A program made the translations under genes and the position numbers. From contig JAFPYI010000023.1 of the NCBI GenBank assembly GCA_017412245.1, positions 12,288-76,287 on the forward strand: a DNA stretch of 64,000 bases, written 5' to 3'. This document shows, piece by piece, positions 28,587 to 38,421 of this stretch. The notes below the pieces were generated by a model, which saw nothing but the letters and a program-made list of their open reading frames with translations, was not told the DNA's origin and did no database searches. Every line of letters starts with the position of its first letter. Position 1 is the first letter of the stretch. Source of the stretch: Paludibacteraceae bacterium. GTDB taxonomy: Bacteria; Bacteroidota; Bacteroidia; Bacteroidales; Paludibacteraceae.

Positions 28587-31325
28587 ATGCAGGAAGATAT
28601 CATTCGCATAGAAGGTGCTGACACTCACAACCTCAAACACGTAACGGTAGATATTCCGCGAAATAAATTAGTTGCGGTGACAGGTGTTAGCGGCAGCGGC
28701 AAATCGTCGTTGGCGTTTGATACCTTGTATGCCGAAGGACAGAGACGATACGTAGAAAGCCTCAGCGCTTATGCACGCCAGTTTATGGGACGAATGCAAA
28801 AGCCTGAAGTAGAGAAGATTGAAGGCATTCCGCCTGCTATTGCCATTCAGCAAAAAGTCAGCAGTCGCAATCCGCGTTCTACCGTAGGAACTGTCACGGA
28901 GATTTATGACTATCTAAAACTCCTTTACGCGCGCATAGGCAAGACGTACTCGCCCGTGAGCGGAAAAGAAGTGAAACGCCACACCATTCGGGACGTGGTC
29001 AATTATATGGAGCAACAACCTCAAGGCACGCGTTTATACTTGCTCAGTCCGATTATTTTACCGGAAGGACGCACTCTTGAGGAACAATTTGACATCTGGA
29101 AAAGCCAAGGTTTCAGCCGTCTGTTAGTGGACGGAGATACTGTTCGTTTGGACAATGACGCATGGAAATCAGCGAAAGGACACGAGGCGTACCTCTTGGT
29201 CGATAGAATTATTGTGGACCATGAGCAAGCGACAAGTAATCGATTCGCAGATTCCGTTCAAACGGCTTTCTTTGAAGGACAAGGAGAATGTCGCATATGG
29301 GTTGACAAAAAAGAAAAAGTCTTCTCCGAGCGATATGAAATGGATGGAATAAAATTTGTCGAGCCAAACGAGCATTTATTTGATTTTAACAATCCTATTG
29401 GTGCTTGTCCGACTTGCAAAGGCATTGGAACTATCGTCGGAATCGATGCAGATTTAGTAGTGCCTGACAAATCAAAATCCATTTACGAAGAAGCTATTGC
29501 TTGTTGGCAAGGGGAAAGAATGAAACCGTGGTTGGATGCTTTGATTTACAATGCAGCCAAATTCAATTTCCCGATTCATACTCCATTCTATGCACTAACA
29601 CCGGAACAAAAACAACTCATTTGGACCGGAAACGCATATTTCAAAGGACTGAATGATTTCTTCAAAGAACTCGAAGAAAAGCAATACAACAAAATCCAAT
29701 ATCGCGTTCTTCTTGCACGTTATAGAGGAAAAACGACTTGTCCGGATTGTAATGGATTCCGTTTACGCAAAGAGTCGGAATATGTCCTTATAAATGGACA
29801 AAGCATCCAGCAATTATGCGCTATGCCTGTATCGGAATTAGCAGAGTGGTTTCAAAACATTCAACTGACTGACACAGAGCAAAAAACAGCAGAAATGCTA
29901 TTACTGGAAATCCGAAATCGTTTGCAGTTTATGCAAGATGTAGGACTTAGTTATCTCACGCTCAACCGAATGAGTAACACTTTATCCGGAGGAGAGAGTC
30001 AACGAATCAATCTTGCGAAATCGTTAGGAAGCAGTCTTGTTGGTTCGCTCTATGTCTTAGATGAGCCGTCCATCGGTTTGCATCCTCGTGATACAGAGCG
30101 ATTGATACATGTCTTGAAGGAATTGCGAGATTTAGGGAATACGATTGTAGTCGTTGAACATGATGAAGATATCATCGCTGCTGCGGATCACATCATAGAA
30201 ATCGGTCCTATGGCTGGCAGAAACGGAGGAAAGATTGTCTATGCCGGCAAACCGAAAACAGATGAGTTCACCTATCATATCCCATCTCAACGACGCAAAT
30301 GGAATAGTTATATTGAGATTGACGGAGCGTGCGAGAATAATTTGAAAAACCTGACTGTTCGTTTCCCATTGCACGTAATGACAGTTGTAACAGGAGTGAG
30401 CGGAAGCGGCAAATCCAGTTTGGTAAGCAAAGTACTCTACCCTGCTCTAAAAAAGCACTATGGAGGTGTTTTCGCAGAGCATACAGGTGATTTCGGTCAT
30501 ATTAGCGGAAGTACACATTTGATGAACGATATTGAGTTTGTTGACCAGAATCCTCTCAGTCGTTCCTCTCGAAGTAATCCCGTTACATATTTGAAAGCAT
30601 ACGATGAGATACGTCGTCTTTTTGCGGAACAACCGCTCAGCAAACAATTGGGACTGACACCTGCTCATTTCTCTTTCAACACTCCGGGCGGACGTTGTGA
30701 ACAGTGTCAAGGAGAAGGAACATTAACGATTGAGATGCAATTCATGGCAGATTTGATATTGCAATGCGAACAATGCCATGGTCGACGGTTCAAACAAGAT
30801 ATTTTGGATGTTCACTATCGCGGAAAATCCATCTATGATATTCTTTGTATGACTGTTAATCAAGCCGTCGAGTTCTTCTCTCAAGATAAAGAATGTCAAA
30901 AGATTGTAAAACGTCTCAAACCGCTACAAGATGTCGGAATAGGTTATATCCAATTAGGACAAAGCAGCAGCACACTATCAGGTGGAGAGAGTCAACGCGT
31001 CAAATTAGCATCCTTCCTTGCGCAAGAAGACTCCAAACCTACTATCTTTGTGTTTGACGAACCGACAACAGGTCTTCATCATAAAGACATCGATGTTCTA
31101 CTTGACGCGCTCAATCGACTCATCAGCAAAGGACACACGGTGATTATTATTGAGCATAATCCGGCAGTCATCTTAGCTGCAGATCATGTTATTGATTTAG
31201 GACGAGAAGGTGGAAAAGAAGGAGGAAATATCGTTTGTACCGGCACACCGGAACAAATTGCACAATGCAAAGAAAGTTACACAGGCAAATACCTTGCACA
31301 TATTATAGAAAAACATGAAAAATAA
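28587..31325 (+). CDS. uvrA: excinuclease ABC subunit A (UvrA family; zinc-module-1 ligands absent)
   Basis: 912 aa. Two ABC ATPase modules (GVSGSGKSSLAFDTLYAEGQRRYVESLSAYARQF; LSGGESQRINLA; second GVSGSGKSSL...LSGGESQRVKLA). Zn motifs GACPTCKG, CPDCNG and CEQCQGEG...CEQCHG are retained. Confidence 0.9.
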   Translation: MQEDIIRIEGADTHNLKHVTVDIPRNKLVAVTGVSGSGKSSLAFDTLYAEGQRRYVESLSAYARQFMGRMQKPEVEKIEGIPPAIAIQQKVSSRNPRSTVGTVTEIYDYLKLLYARIGKTYSPVSGKEVKRHTIRDVVNYMEQQPQGTRLYLLSPIILPEGRTLEEQFDIWKSQGFSRLLVDGDTVRLDNDAWKSAKGHEAYLLVDRIIVDHEQATSNRFADSVQTAFFEGQGECRIWVDKKEKVFSERYEMDGIKFVEPNEHLFDFNNPIGACPTCKGIGTIVGIDADLVVPDKSKSIYEEAIACWQGERMKPWLDALIYNAAKFNFPIHTPFYALTPEQKQLIWTGNAYFKGLNDFFKELEEKQYNKIQYRVLLARYRGKTTCPDCNGFRLRKESEYVLINGQSIQQLCAMPVSELAEWFQNIQLTDTEQKTAEMLLLEIRNRLQFMQDVGLSYLTLNRMSNTLSGGESQRINLAKSLGSSLVGSLYVLDEPSIGLHPRDTERLIHVLKELRDLGNTIVVVEHDEDIIAAADHIIEIGPMAGRNGGKIVYAGKPKTDEFTYHIPSQRRKWNSYIEIDGACENNLKNLTVRFPLHVMTVVTGVSGSGKSSLVSKVLYPALKKHYGGVFAEHTGDFGHISGSTHLMNDIEFVDQNPLSRSSRSNPVTYLKAYDEIRRLFAEQPLSKQLGLTPAHFSFNTPGGRCEQCQGEGTLTIEMQFMADLILQCEQCHGRRFKQDILDVHYRGKSIYDILCMTVNQAVEFFSQDKECQKIVKRLKPLQDVGIGYIQLGQSSSTLSGGESQRVKLASFLAQEDSKPTIFVFDEPTTGLHHKDIDVLLDALNRLISKGHTVIIIEHNPAVILAADHVIDLGREGGKEGGNIVCTGTPEQIAQCKESYTGKYLAHIIEKHEK

Positions 31326-33267
31326 ACTTAGTGAATTACGAAATTCGGATATGCTGTCACATCTGCCACAGATAAGTTATCTGCCGCGTTGGGGAGTATT
31401 GATTGTTGATTTAATACTCTGCACCATCGCATTTTGGTTAAGTGTGTGGATTGGAGGTGGTGTCTTTGATTATCATGATCTTGAGGCGCAACCTATGTCT
31501 TTGTGGCAACAATGTATGGTTGTTTTGTTTGTCCAACTGATCGCATTTTGGGCATTCCATACGTATTCCGGCATCTTGCGGTATTCAACATTTATTGACA
31601 CCATTAAAGTTCTTTTGGCTAATCTCACCACGGGAATTTTCTTGGTTGCCGTGAATATGATTATCAGTTGGACAACCGGTCTGCATCCGATGTTAAACAC
31701 CGCATTGTTTATCTACGTACCAACAGCGTTTTTCTTACTTTTTACACTCCGAGTTGGTGTTAAAACGATTAGCGAATTCTTCCAACAAGGACAGGCAAGT
31801 CCAAAAGTATTGATTTACGGCACACAATCCGCAGGAATTGCAATTGCCAAGATGCTTCGTTCTGCAGGAAACACGCCTTATCGCCCCGTAGGTTTCATCT
31901 GCAATGCCGACCAACGTTCGGGATATGAATTAGCCGGTTTGCGTGTACGTCCCATTGGAGAGAAACTGTTTGATTGGATGAAAGCACGCGGCATTCAACA
32001 CGTGATTGTTTCGCCTCTCAAGATGCGTGAAATTAATCCGGCAAAAGATTTGCAAGTCTTTATTGACCATAATATCCGCATTCTCGCCACTCCGTATTTC
32101 ACACAGTTTGATAACACAGACGATATTGATGCACAACGCATCGGACGTATTGATTCCATACGTATTGAGGATTTACTGGAAAGACCGAAAATTGAGATCA
32201 ACACGGAAAATGTGCGGCAGATCTTGAACAATAAAGTGGTACTCATTACCGGCGCGGCAGGAAGTATTGGTAGCGAACTAGTAAGACAAGTTCAGCGTTA
32301 TGAACCACAAGTAACAATCCTGTTAGAGATGGCTGAATCGCCCTTGCATGACTTGACATTGGATTTGCATTACCGGTTCCCAAAAGCACGATTCATTCCT
32401 ATTATTGCCGATGTACGCAATCGCGAACGAATTGAGCAAATCTTCAACGAACTGCGTCCGGATATCGTTTATCACGCTGCCGCATACAAGCATGTGCCAT
32501 TGATGGAAGACCATCCGAACGAAGCGGTACAAGCAAATGTCCTCGGCACAAAAAACATGGCTGATATGGCTGTCAAATATCATGTTGAACGATTTGTGAT
32601 GATTTCGACAGACAAAGCCGTCAATCCAACAAATATCATGGGAACCAGCAAGCGCATTGCTGAAATATATGTGCAATCTCTGTTTAGAAAACTACAAGCA
32701 GAAAATCCCGATTGTACAAAATTCATCACAACGCGATTTGGTAATGTCTTAGGAAGCAATGGTTCAGTCATTCCATATTTCCAAAAACAGATTGCAGCTG
32801 GCGGTCCGGTTACAGTAACACACCCGGATATCATTCGGTATTTCATGACCATTCCTGAAGCATGTTGTCTGGTAATGGAAGCAAGCACACTTGGCAAAGG
32901 TGGAGAAATATTCATCTTTGACATGGGCAAACCGGTTAAGATTCTCGATTTAGCACGAAATATGATTCGTCTAGCCGGTTATACTCCGGGAAAGGATATT
33001 CCAATTATTTTCACAGGACTGCGTCCGGGCGAAAAACTATATGAAGAATTACTGAATCAAAAAGAAACTACGCTACCGACGGACAATCCTAAAATCATGA
33101 TTGCTCGTGTACGGGAGTTTGATTTTGATCAAGTAAGCACACTAATCGACGCACTTATTGACATCACTCGGCAGAATAAGCCATTCACCACAGTTCGTCT
33201 CATGAAACAACTGGTGCCGGAATATACGAGTAAGAATTCAATTTATGAGCAATTAGACCAACAATGA
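31315..33267 (+). CDS. membrane-anchored polysaccharide biosynthesis protein, CapD/WbpM/PglF-type nucleotide-sugar 4,6-dehydratase
   Basis: 650 aa. Four or five N-terminal TM segments, then an SDR domain: Rossmann GAAGSIGSEL, catalytic YKHVP and STDKAVNPTNIMGTSKRIAE. It overlaps the uvrA stop by 11 nt. Confidence 0.88.
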   Translation: MKNKLSELRNSDMLSHLPQISYLPRWGVLIVDLILCTIAFWLSVWIGGGVFDYHDLEAQPMSLWQQCMVVLFVQLIAFWAFHTYSGILRYSTFIDTIKVLLANLTTGIFLVAVNMIISWTTGLHPMLNTALFIYVPTAFFLLFTLRVGVKTISEFFQQGQASPKVLIYGTQSAGIAIAKMLRSAGNTPYRPVGFICNADQRSGYELAGLRVRPIGEKLFDWMKARGIQHVIVSPLKMREINPAKDLQVFIDHNIRILATPYFTQFDNTDDIDAQRIGRIDSIRIEDLLERPKIEINTENVRQILNNKVVLITGAAGSIGSELVRQVQRYEPQVTILLEMAESPLHDLTLDLHYRFPKARFIPIIADVRNRERIEQIFNELRPDIVYHAAAYKHVPLMEDHPNEAVQANVLGTKNMADMAVKYHVERFVMISTDKAVNPTNIMGTSKRIAEIYVQSLFRKLQAENPDCTKFITTRFGNVLGSNGSVIPYFQKQIAAGGPVTVTHPDIIRYFMTIPEACCLVMEASTLGKGGEIFIFDMGKPVKILDLARNMIRLAGYTPGKDIPIIFTGLRPGEKLYEELLNQKETTLPTDNPKIMIARVREFDFDQVSTLIDALIDITRQNKPFTTVRLMKQLVPEYTSKNSIYEQLDQQ

Positions 33268-34349
33268 TACAATCTTTTTTCATACAACATGCATACCTTA
33301 TCGGTGTTGTCAGTTTTCTTTTAGGACTGATTGGTATGCCGATTGTCATTCGCATTGCGAAGGCCAAGGGTTTTGTCGTACGACCTAACAAACGCATGAG
33401 TCACGAAGGTGATATTCCGAATATCGGAGGACTGAATATTTGTTTCAGTTTCATGCTCACCTACTTGTTTTTCGAATTCAACCAAATGACTCAAAACCAA
33501 TTCTTCATCATTGGCTTTTTTGCTATCATGGCTGTTGGTTTTATTGATGATGTATTGGTTTTGACTCCAACGGCAAAATTGTTTGGCGAAACATTGGCAG
33601 GATTGGCGTTGATTGGGTTTGCAGATATGCGAATCACGCATTTGCATGGCATTTTCGGCATTAATGAATTAGGAATTATTCCCAGTTATATCATCTCGCT
33701 ATTTGTACTCATTGCTATCATTAACGCCATTAACCTGATTGACGGAATAGATGGTCTTGCCAGTGGATTAGGAATTCTCTATTGCTTGTTTTTCGCTATC
33801 TATTTCGGCTTGGTGCAAGAACGCAATTGGGCGATTCTTGCTATTTGTATGATTGGTTCATTAGCGGTATTCTTTATCTATAATGTCTTTGGCAGACGGG
33901 AAAAAATCTTTATGGGAGATTCCGGAAGTTTGTTGCTTGGATATCTGCTTACTGCTTTTGTCTTCCATTTTTGTGAGATTAACGCATACCACCAAGTGCC
34001 GGAGATTTTCCACATGAATGCTGCGCCTGCTGTTGCTATTTGTGTGTTGACTGTTCCTATCTTTGATACAATTCGTGTCAGCCTCACACGTATCAAACAA
34101 CATCGTTCGCCATTCCAACCGGATAAAAACCACATTCACCATCTGCTTTTGCGCACAGGACTCAATCATATTCAAACCACGTGCGTTTTGCTGTCTATTA
34201 GTTTACTGTTTATTGGTTGGGCAATATTAGGAAGGAATTGGAACATTTGGTTACTATTGATAACAGATTTTGCTATTGCCACAGGATTGACTTTAATCCT
34301 TTGGCGTGTCATCAATCACAAACTCTACGGTACGAATGCTAAGCATTGA
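33264..34349 (+). CDS. MraY/WecA family polyprenyl-phosphate N-acetylhexosamine-1-phosphate transferase
   Basis: 361 aa polytopic protein. Motifs GFIDDV, NAINLIDGIDGLA, MGDSGSLLLGY and FQPDKNHIHH. 4-nt overlap with the upstream gene. Confidence 0.88.
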   Translation: MIQSFFIQHAYLIGVVSFLLGLIGMPIVIRIAKAKGFVVRPNKRMSHEGDIPNIGGLNICFSFMLTYLFFEFNQMTQNQFFIIGFFAIMAVGFIDDVLVLTPTAKLFGETLAGLALIGFADMRITHLHGIFGINELGIIPSYIISLFVLIAIINAINLIDGIDGLASGLGILYCLFFAIYFGLVQERNWAILAICMIGSLAVFFIYNVFGRREKIFMGDSGSLLLGYLLTAFVFHFCEINAYHQVPEIFHMNAAPAVAICVLTVPIFDTIRVSLTRIKQHRSPFQPDKNHIHHLLLRTGLNHIQTTCVLLSISLLFIGWAILGRNWNIWLLLITDFAIATGLTLILWRVINHKLYGTNAKH

Positions 34350-36150
34350 ACATCTCACAATGGAATTTGCGTCGCGGCCCGTCCTCGATGACATCACTTT
34401 CCTTATTAATCGCAAAGAGAAAATTGCGTTAGTAGGAAAGAATGGTGCGGGCAAGACAACTCTTATGCGTTTGATTGCAGGAGAATATACGCCTACTGCC
34501 GGACGCATCAGTCGTGAGACGGATATGACTATTGGGTATCTGCCGCAAGTAATGTTGCATCAAGACGGTCGCACTCTGCGCGAAGAAGTGATGACGGTTT
34601 TTGCACACATTCCGGAGGAAGAACAAGCACGACATATAGCTGAGATGGATAGAACCATCATTGGTTTAGGATTCGAACGAAAAGATTTTGAAAGACCTTG
34701 CAGCGCATTCTCCGGCGGCTGGAGAATGCGTATCGAATTAGCAAAAATTCTCTTACGCCATCCGGATTTATTACTGTTAGACGAACCAACAAACCATCTC
34801 GACATTGAGTCTATCCAATGGTTGGAGGATTTTCTCAAAACGAGCCAAAGTGCTGTTCTTATCGTGAGTCACGACCGCGCATTTATCGATAATGTCTGCA
34901 ACCGAACCATTGAAATCACACTCGGACGCATCTATGATTACAACGTCAACTATAGTCATTTCGTAGAACTGCGCAAAGAACGTCACGAACAGCAAGTACG
35001 AGCGTACATGAATCAGCAAAAGATGATTCAAGAAACCGAAGAATTTATCGAACGATTCAGATACAAAGCGACAAAAGCCGTACAAGTACAAAGCCGCATT
35101 AAACAATTGGAAAAATTAGAAAGGCTCGAAGTGGATTTGGAAGATACCAGTCGTTTGAATCTACGGTTTCCACCTGCACCACGAAGTGGCGATTTTCCGC
35201 TTATATTGGAAGACGTACGAAAAGATTTCGGCGAGCATAATGTCTTTCATGACGTCACTTTCACGATTCGCCGTGGAGAGAAAGTAGCGTTTGTCGGCAA
35301 AAACGGAGAAGGAAAAACCACGCTTGTCAAATGCATCATGGGACAATTGGATTATTTGGGGAATCTGAAAATCGGGCATAATGTCAAGATTGGTTATTTT
35401 GCGCAAAACCAAGCAGCTTTGTTAGACGAAAATCTCACAGTTTTTGAGACAATTGATTATGTTGCTGTTGGAGATATTCGCACCAAAATTCGCGACATAT
35501 TAGGTGCATTCATGTTTGGTGGGGAAGCGAGCGACAAGAAAGTGAAAGTCCTTTCCGGTGGAGAAAGAAGTCGTTTGGCGATGATTCGATTGTTGCTCGA
35601 ACCTTGTAATCTATTGATTCTGGACGAGCCGACAAACCATTTGGATATGCAGTCGAAAGATGTGCTAAAAGAAGCATTAAAAGATTTCAACGGCACTTTG
35701 ATTTGCGTGAGTCATGATAGAGATTTTCTCAATGGTTTGGTAAGCAAAGTTTATGAATTTGGCGGAGGACGTGTGAAAGAACATCTTGGTGGCATTTATG
35801 ATTTCTTGCGGGCCAAAAAGATTGATAATTTGCAAGAGTTGGAACGCAAAGTTCCCACAAAGAGTGAACGGGTCGATATCGAGTCAATCTCGAGCCAATC
35901 TCGAACCAATCTCGAGTCTAAACTGGATTATGCGGCACAAAAAGCAGAAGCCGCAGCACGACGAAAAAAGGAGAAACAAATTGCAGAGACTGAGGCTGCT
36001 ATCGCGGAATTGGAAGCACAACAAGCAGAAATAGAACAACTGCTTGCTTCTCAGGAAAATCAAACAGCAGAATTGTTCCAGAAATACGAATCGGTCAAAC
36101 ACTCTATTGAGCAAAAACTATACGAGTGGGAAATACTTAGTGAAAACTGA
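34336..36150 (+). CDS. ABC-F family ATPase (translation-associated, no TM domain)
   Basis: About 604 aa from ATG 34336 (MLSIEHLTMEF...). Two ABC cassettes (GKNGAGKTTL / LSGGWRMRIELA...LLLLDEPTNHLD; GKNGEGKTTL / LSGGERSRLAM...LLILDEPTNHLD) joined by the ABC-F linker. C-terminal coiled coil. Confidence 0.92.
   Translation: MLSIEHLTMEFASRPVLDDITFLINRKEKIALVGKNGAGKTTLMRLIAGEYTPTAGRISRETDMTIGYLPQVMLHQDGRTLREEVMTVFAHIPEEEQARHIAEMDRTIIGLGFERKDFERPCSAFSGGWRMRIELAKILLRHPDLLLLDEPTNHLDIESIQWLEDFLKTSQSAVLIVSHDRAFIDNVCNRTIEITLGRIYDYNVNYSHFVELRKERHEQQVRAYMNQQKMIQETEEFIERFRYKATKAVQVQSRIKQLEKLERLEVDLEDTSRLNLRFPPAPRSGDFPLILEDVRKDFGEHNVFHDVTFTIRRGEKVAFVGKNGEGKTTLVKCIMGQLDYLGNLKIGHNVKIGYFAQNQAALLDENLTVFETIDYVAVGDIRTKIRDILGAFMFGGEASDKKVKVLSGGERSRLAMIRLLLEPCNLLILDEPTNHLDMQSKDVLKEALKDFNGTLICVSHDRDFLNGLVSKVYEFGGGRVKEHLGGIYDFLRAKKIDNLQELERKVPTKSERVDIESISSQSRTNLESKLDYAAQKAEAAARRKKEKQIAETEAAIAELEAQQAEIEQLLASQENQTAELFQKYESVKHSIEQKLYEWEILSEN
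35864..35919 (+). repeat. copy A of the 11-bp-phased TCGA element, in frame inside the ABC-F gene
   Basis: GTGAACGGGTCGATATCGAG-tcaatctcgag-ccaatctcgaa-ccaatctcgag-TCT. Five TCGA sites. It is translated as ..SERVDIESISSQSRTNLESK.. between the second ABC cassette and the C-terminal coiled coil. Confidence 0.85.
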
Positions 36151-36161
36151 AAGGTAAAAGA

Positions 36162-37310
36162 ATGAAGGAAATTATCGACTACATCATCACGTGGCTCTGT
36201 TATGGAGATGAAGAAGCCGCTCAGCGCGTAGCGTACACAGCGGACGAATGTGCCTTGGAATCGCACGACGTGATTATCGTGCCCAATGGTCATTTAGGCA
36301 AAGATATTGTCGTGCCGGATTTCACCAAACCGGTTATAGAACAACCGACAAAAGGTAAGACCATCATCCGTACGGATATCGTGTATGCTACTTTCTTTTA
36401 TACTTCGCGCGCAGAAGAAGTAATCAACACACAGCGCGACGAGCACGGACGTTTTGCTGCCAAATACTCCGTTTTATCGCAAAAGAGCCGTTTGCTCATT
36501 CCGCGATTGGATGAATATGCGCGTTTGGTCTTGAAACAACTCAATTTACCGGTTCCCGATTCAGGTTTTGACCATATTTATTTGACGCACGATGTCGATT
36601 CTATAGCGCAATATCGCTCGTTTAGAGGCGCTATTGGTGGTATCTTGAGAGGCGAATCAAAACAAGTCTTTTCTGCTCTGCGTGAAATTCACAAAGATCC
36701 GATTTACACTTTCCCGTGGCTGATTGAGCAAGATGAACGCGTGCCGCACGCTGATGCAATCTATTTTGTTAAACGCACAAAGGGAAAAGGTTATGACTAT
36801 CCGCAATATCCGCTTTGGGGAAGAGATTATAAACGACTGAAAAAACTGATACGTCATAATAATGCATATTTAGGTGTTCATGGCAGTTATTACGGAGATA
36901 TTCCAAAAATCAAATATAGCAAGATGTTCCGCGCGCACTATTTGCGTGCAGATATCGACCAGTTGCAACGACTTGCTGATGCCGGTTATACGGATGATTT
37001 CACAATGGGATTTGCTGATCAACCCGGTTTTCGTCTTCAGACTTCACGCGCTGTGAGATGGATTAATCCGAAAACGATGCAACTCACGCCACTCACACTT
37101 CATCCGCTTATCATCATGGATAACACGCTCAGTAACGAAAACTATATGAATCTGGATGAAGAAGAAGCATATTTCCTTTGTGAAAGACTAATTGACAAAG
37201 TAAGAATGCATCACGGCGACTTATGTTTGTTATGGCATAACACCAGTTTTACATCCGAAAAATACCATCGCTCGCTATATCCGAAATTGTTAGACTTATT
37301 ACATGACTAA
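36162..37310 (+). CDS. hypothetical protein, possibly polysaccharide deacetylase-like (HDVD motif)
   Basis: 382 aa, no signal peptide. The IYLTHDVDS motif and later H-containing motifs (GVHGSY, LLWHN) are reminiscent of divergent CE4-type deacetylases found in glycan loci. Assignment is from memory of motifs only. Confidence 0.35.
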   Translation: MKEIIDYIITWLCYGDEEAAQRVAYTADECALESHDVIIVPNGHLGKDIVVPDFTKPVIEQPTKGKTIIRTDIVYATFFYTSRAEEVINTQRDEHGRFAAKYSVLSQKSRLLIPRLDEYARLVLKQLNLPVPDSGFDHIYLTHDVDSIAQYRSFRGAIGGILRGESKQVFSALREIHKDPIYTFPWLIEQDERVPHADAIYFVKRTKGKGYDYPQYPLWGRDYKRLKKLIRHNNAYLGVHGSYYGDIPKIKYSKMFRAHYLRADIDQLQRLADAGYTDDFTMGFADQPGFRLQTSRAVRWINPKTMQLTPLTLHPLIIMDNTLSNENYMNLDEEEAYFLCERLIDKVRMHHGDLCLLWHNTSFTSEKYHRSLYPKLLDLLHD

Positions 37311-38421
37311 ACGTATTCTCATAGTATCTGATCCGTTTGCTGCACCCGGTTATTTGCCACGGGTAAGATATTTGTGCGATTATCTGTCGCGCAAAGGATA
37401 CGTTGTCACTTTATTAACTGAACAATATCAACCTTTAGATTTTGCGCATGATTATCCGATTGTTACGATTCCGATGTATAGTGGAAGTACGTGTGATTGG
37501 ATAATAAAAACGATTTGGACATTATTGACCAATTGGCACGATCGCGTATTTGCTAAACGAGCGGTAAAAGCATTAGACCAGCAACAGAAATTTGATGTAA
37601 TTGTATGTTCTGCATTCGCCGAATTTCCGTTAGGAGCAGCAAAAATACTATCACATTATTACCATGCTCCGCTATTATGCGATATTAGAGATTTGGATGA
37701 ACAAGTGGACGATTCGCGCTACCAATACAAGCATAACTCCTTAGCAATCAAGCCTTTACGCAATTTATACAAAAGGATTCATCATTCGCGGAGAAACAAA
37801 GTATTGCGAAGCGCAAATGCCATTACGACCATTTCACCATGGCACGTAGAGTTTATAAAAAAATTTAATCCAAACACACATTTGGTGTACAATGGTTACG
37901 ACCCGAAACAATTTTACACAGAGAATATCTCGTCCAAAGAATTTAAGATAACCTATATCGGAAGTCTTTTTGAATGGCAGAAACCGGGATTAGACATAGT
38001 AAAACAAAGTATTGATCAATTAGATCTACCGATTATATTAGATATCCACACGCCGCAAAATCAACCGATTGCATATACAGAATTGGGAAATACGATTCGT
38101 CAGAGTTCTATCATGTTAGTCCTTACCAATAATCGCGCTCACGGGATGATGACTACAAAATTCTACGAAGCACTCGGATGCGACAAACCGATATTATGTG
38201 TGCCTTCCGATAACGGAGAATTGGCAAAATTGATTGCTGATACCCATGCAGGAATTGCAACAGAAAACATCGAACAGATAAAATCATTTATTACAAACAA
38301 ATATAATGAGTGGAAACAAAATGGTTATACCACGCAACATACACTCAATCGGGAACAATTCTCACGAGAAACACAATGCGAACAAATTGAACAAATCATT
38401 CTATCAATAGCCTATGATTAG
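37303..38421 (+). CDS. glycosyltransferase, GT-B fold (GT4-like)
   Basis: 372 aa. N-terminal KRILIVSDPFAAPGY. C-terminal half has the nucleotide-sugar-binding pattern (...KITYIGSL...MMTTKFYEALGCDKPILCV...G). 8-nt overlaps with both neighbouring genes. Confidence 0.6.
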   Translation: MTKRILIVSDPFAAPGYLPRVRYLCDYLSRKGYVVTLLTEQYQPLDFAHDYPIVTIPMYSGSTCDWIIKTIWTLLTNWHDRVFAKRAVKALDQQQKFDVIVCSAFAEFPLGAAKILSHYYHAPLLCDIRDLDEQVDDSRYQYKHNSLAIKPLRNLYKRIHHSRRNKVLRSANAITTISPWHVEFIKKFNPNTHLVYNGYDPKQFYTENISSKEFKITYIGSLFEWQKPGLDIVKQSIDQLDLPIILDIHTPQNQPIAYTELGNTIRQSSIMLVLTNNRAHGMMTTKFYEALGCDKPILCVPSDNGELAKLIADTHAGIATENIEQIKSFITNKYNEWKQNGYTTQHTLNREQFSRETQCEQIEQIILSIAYD

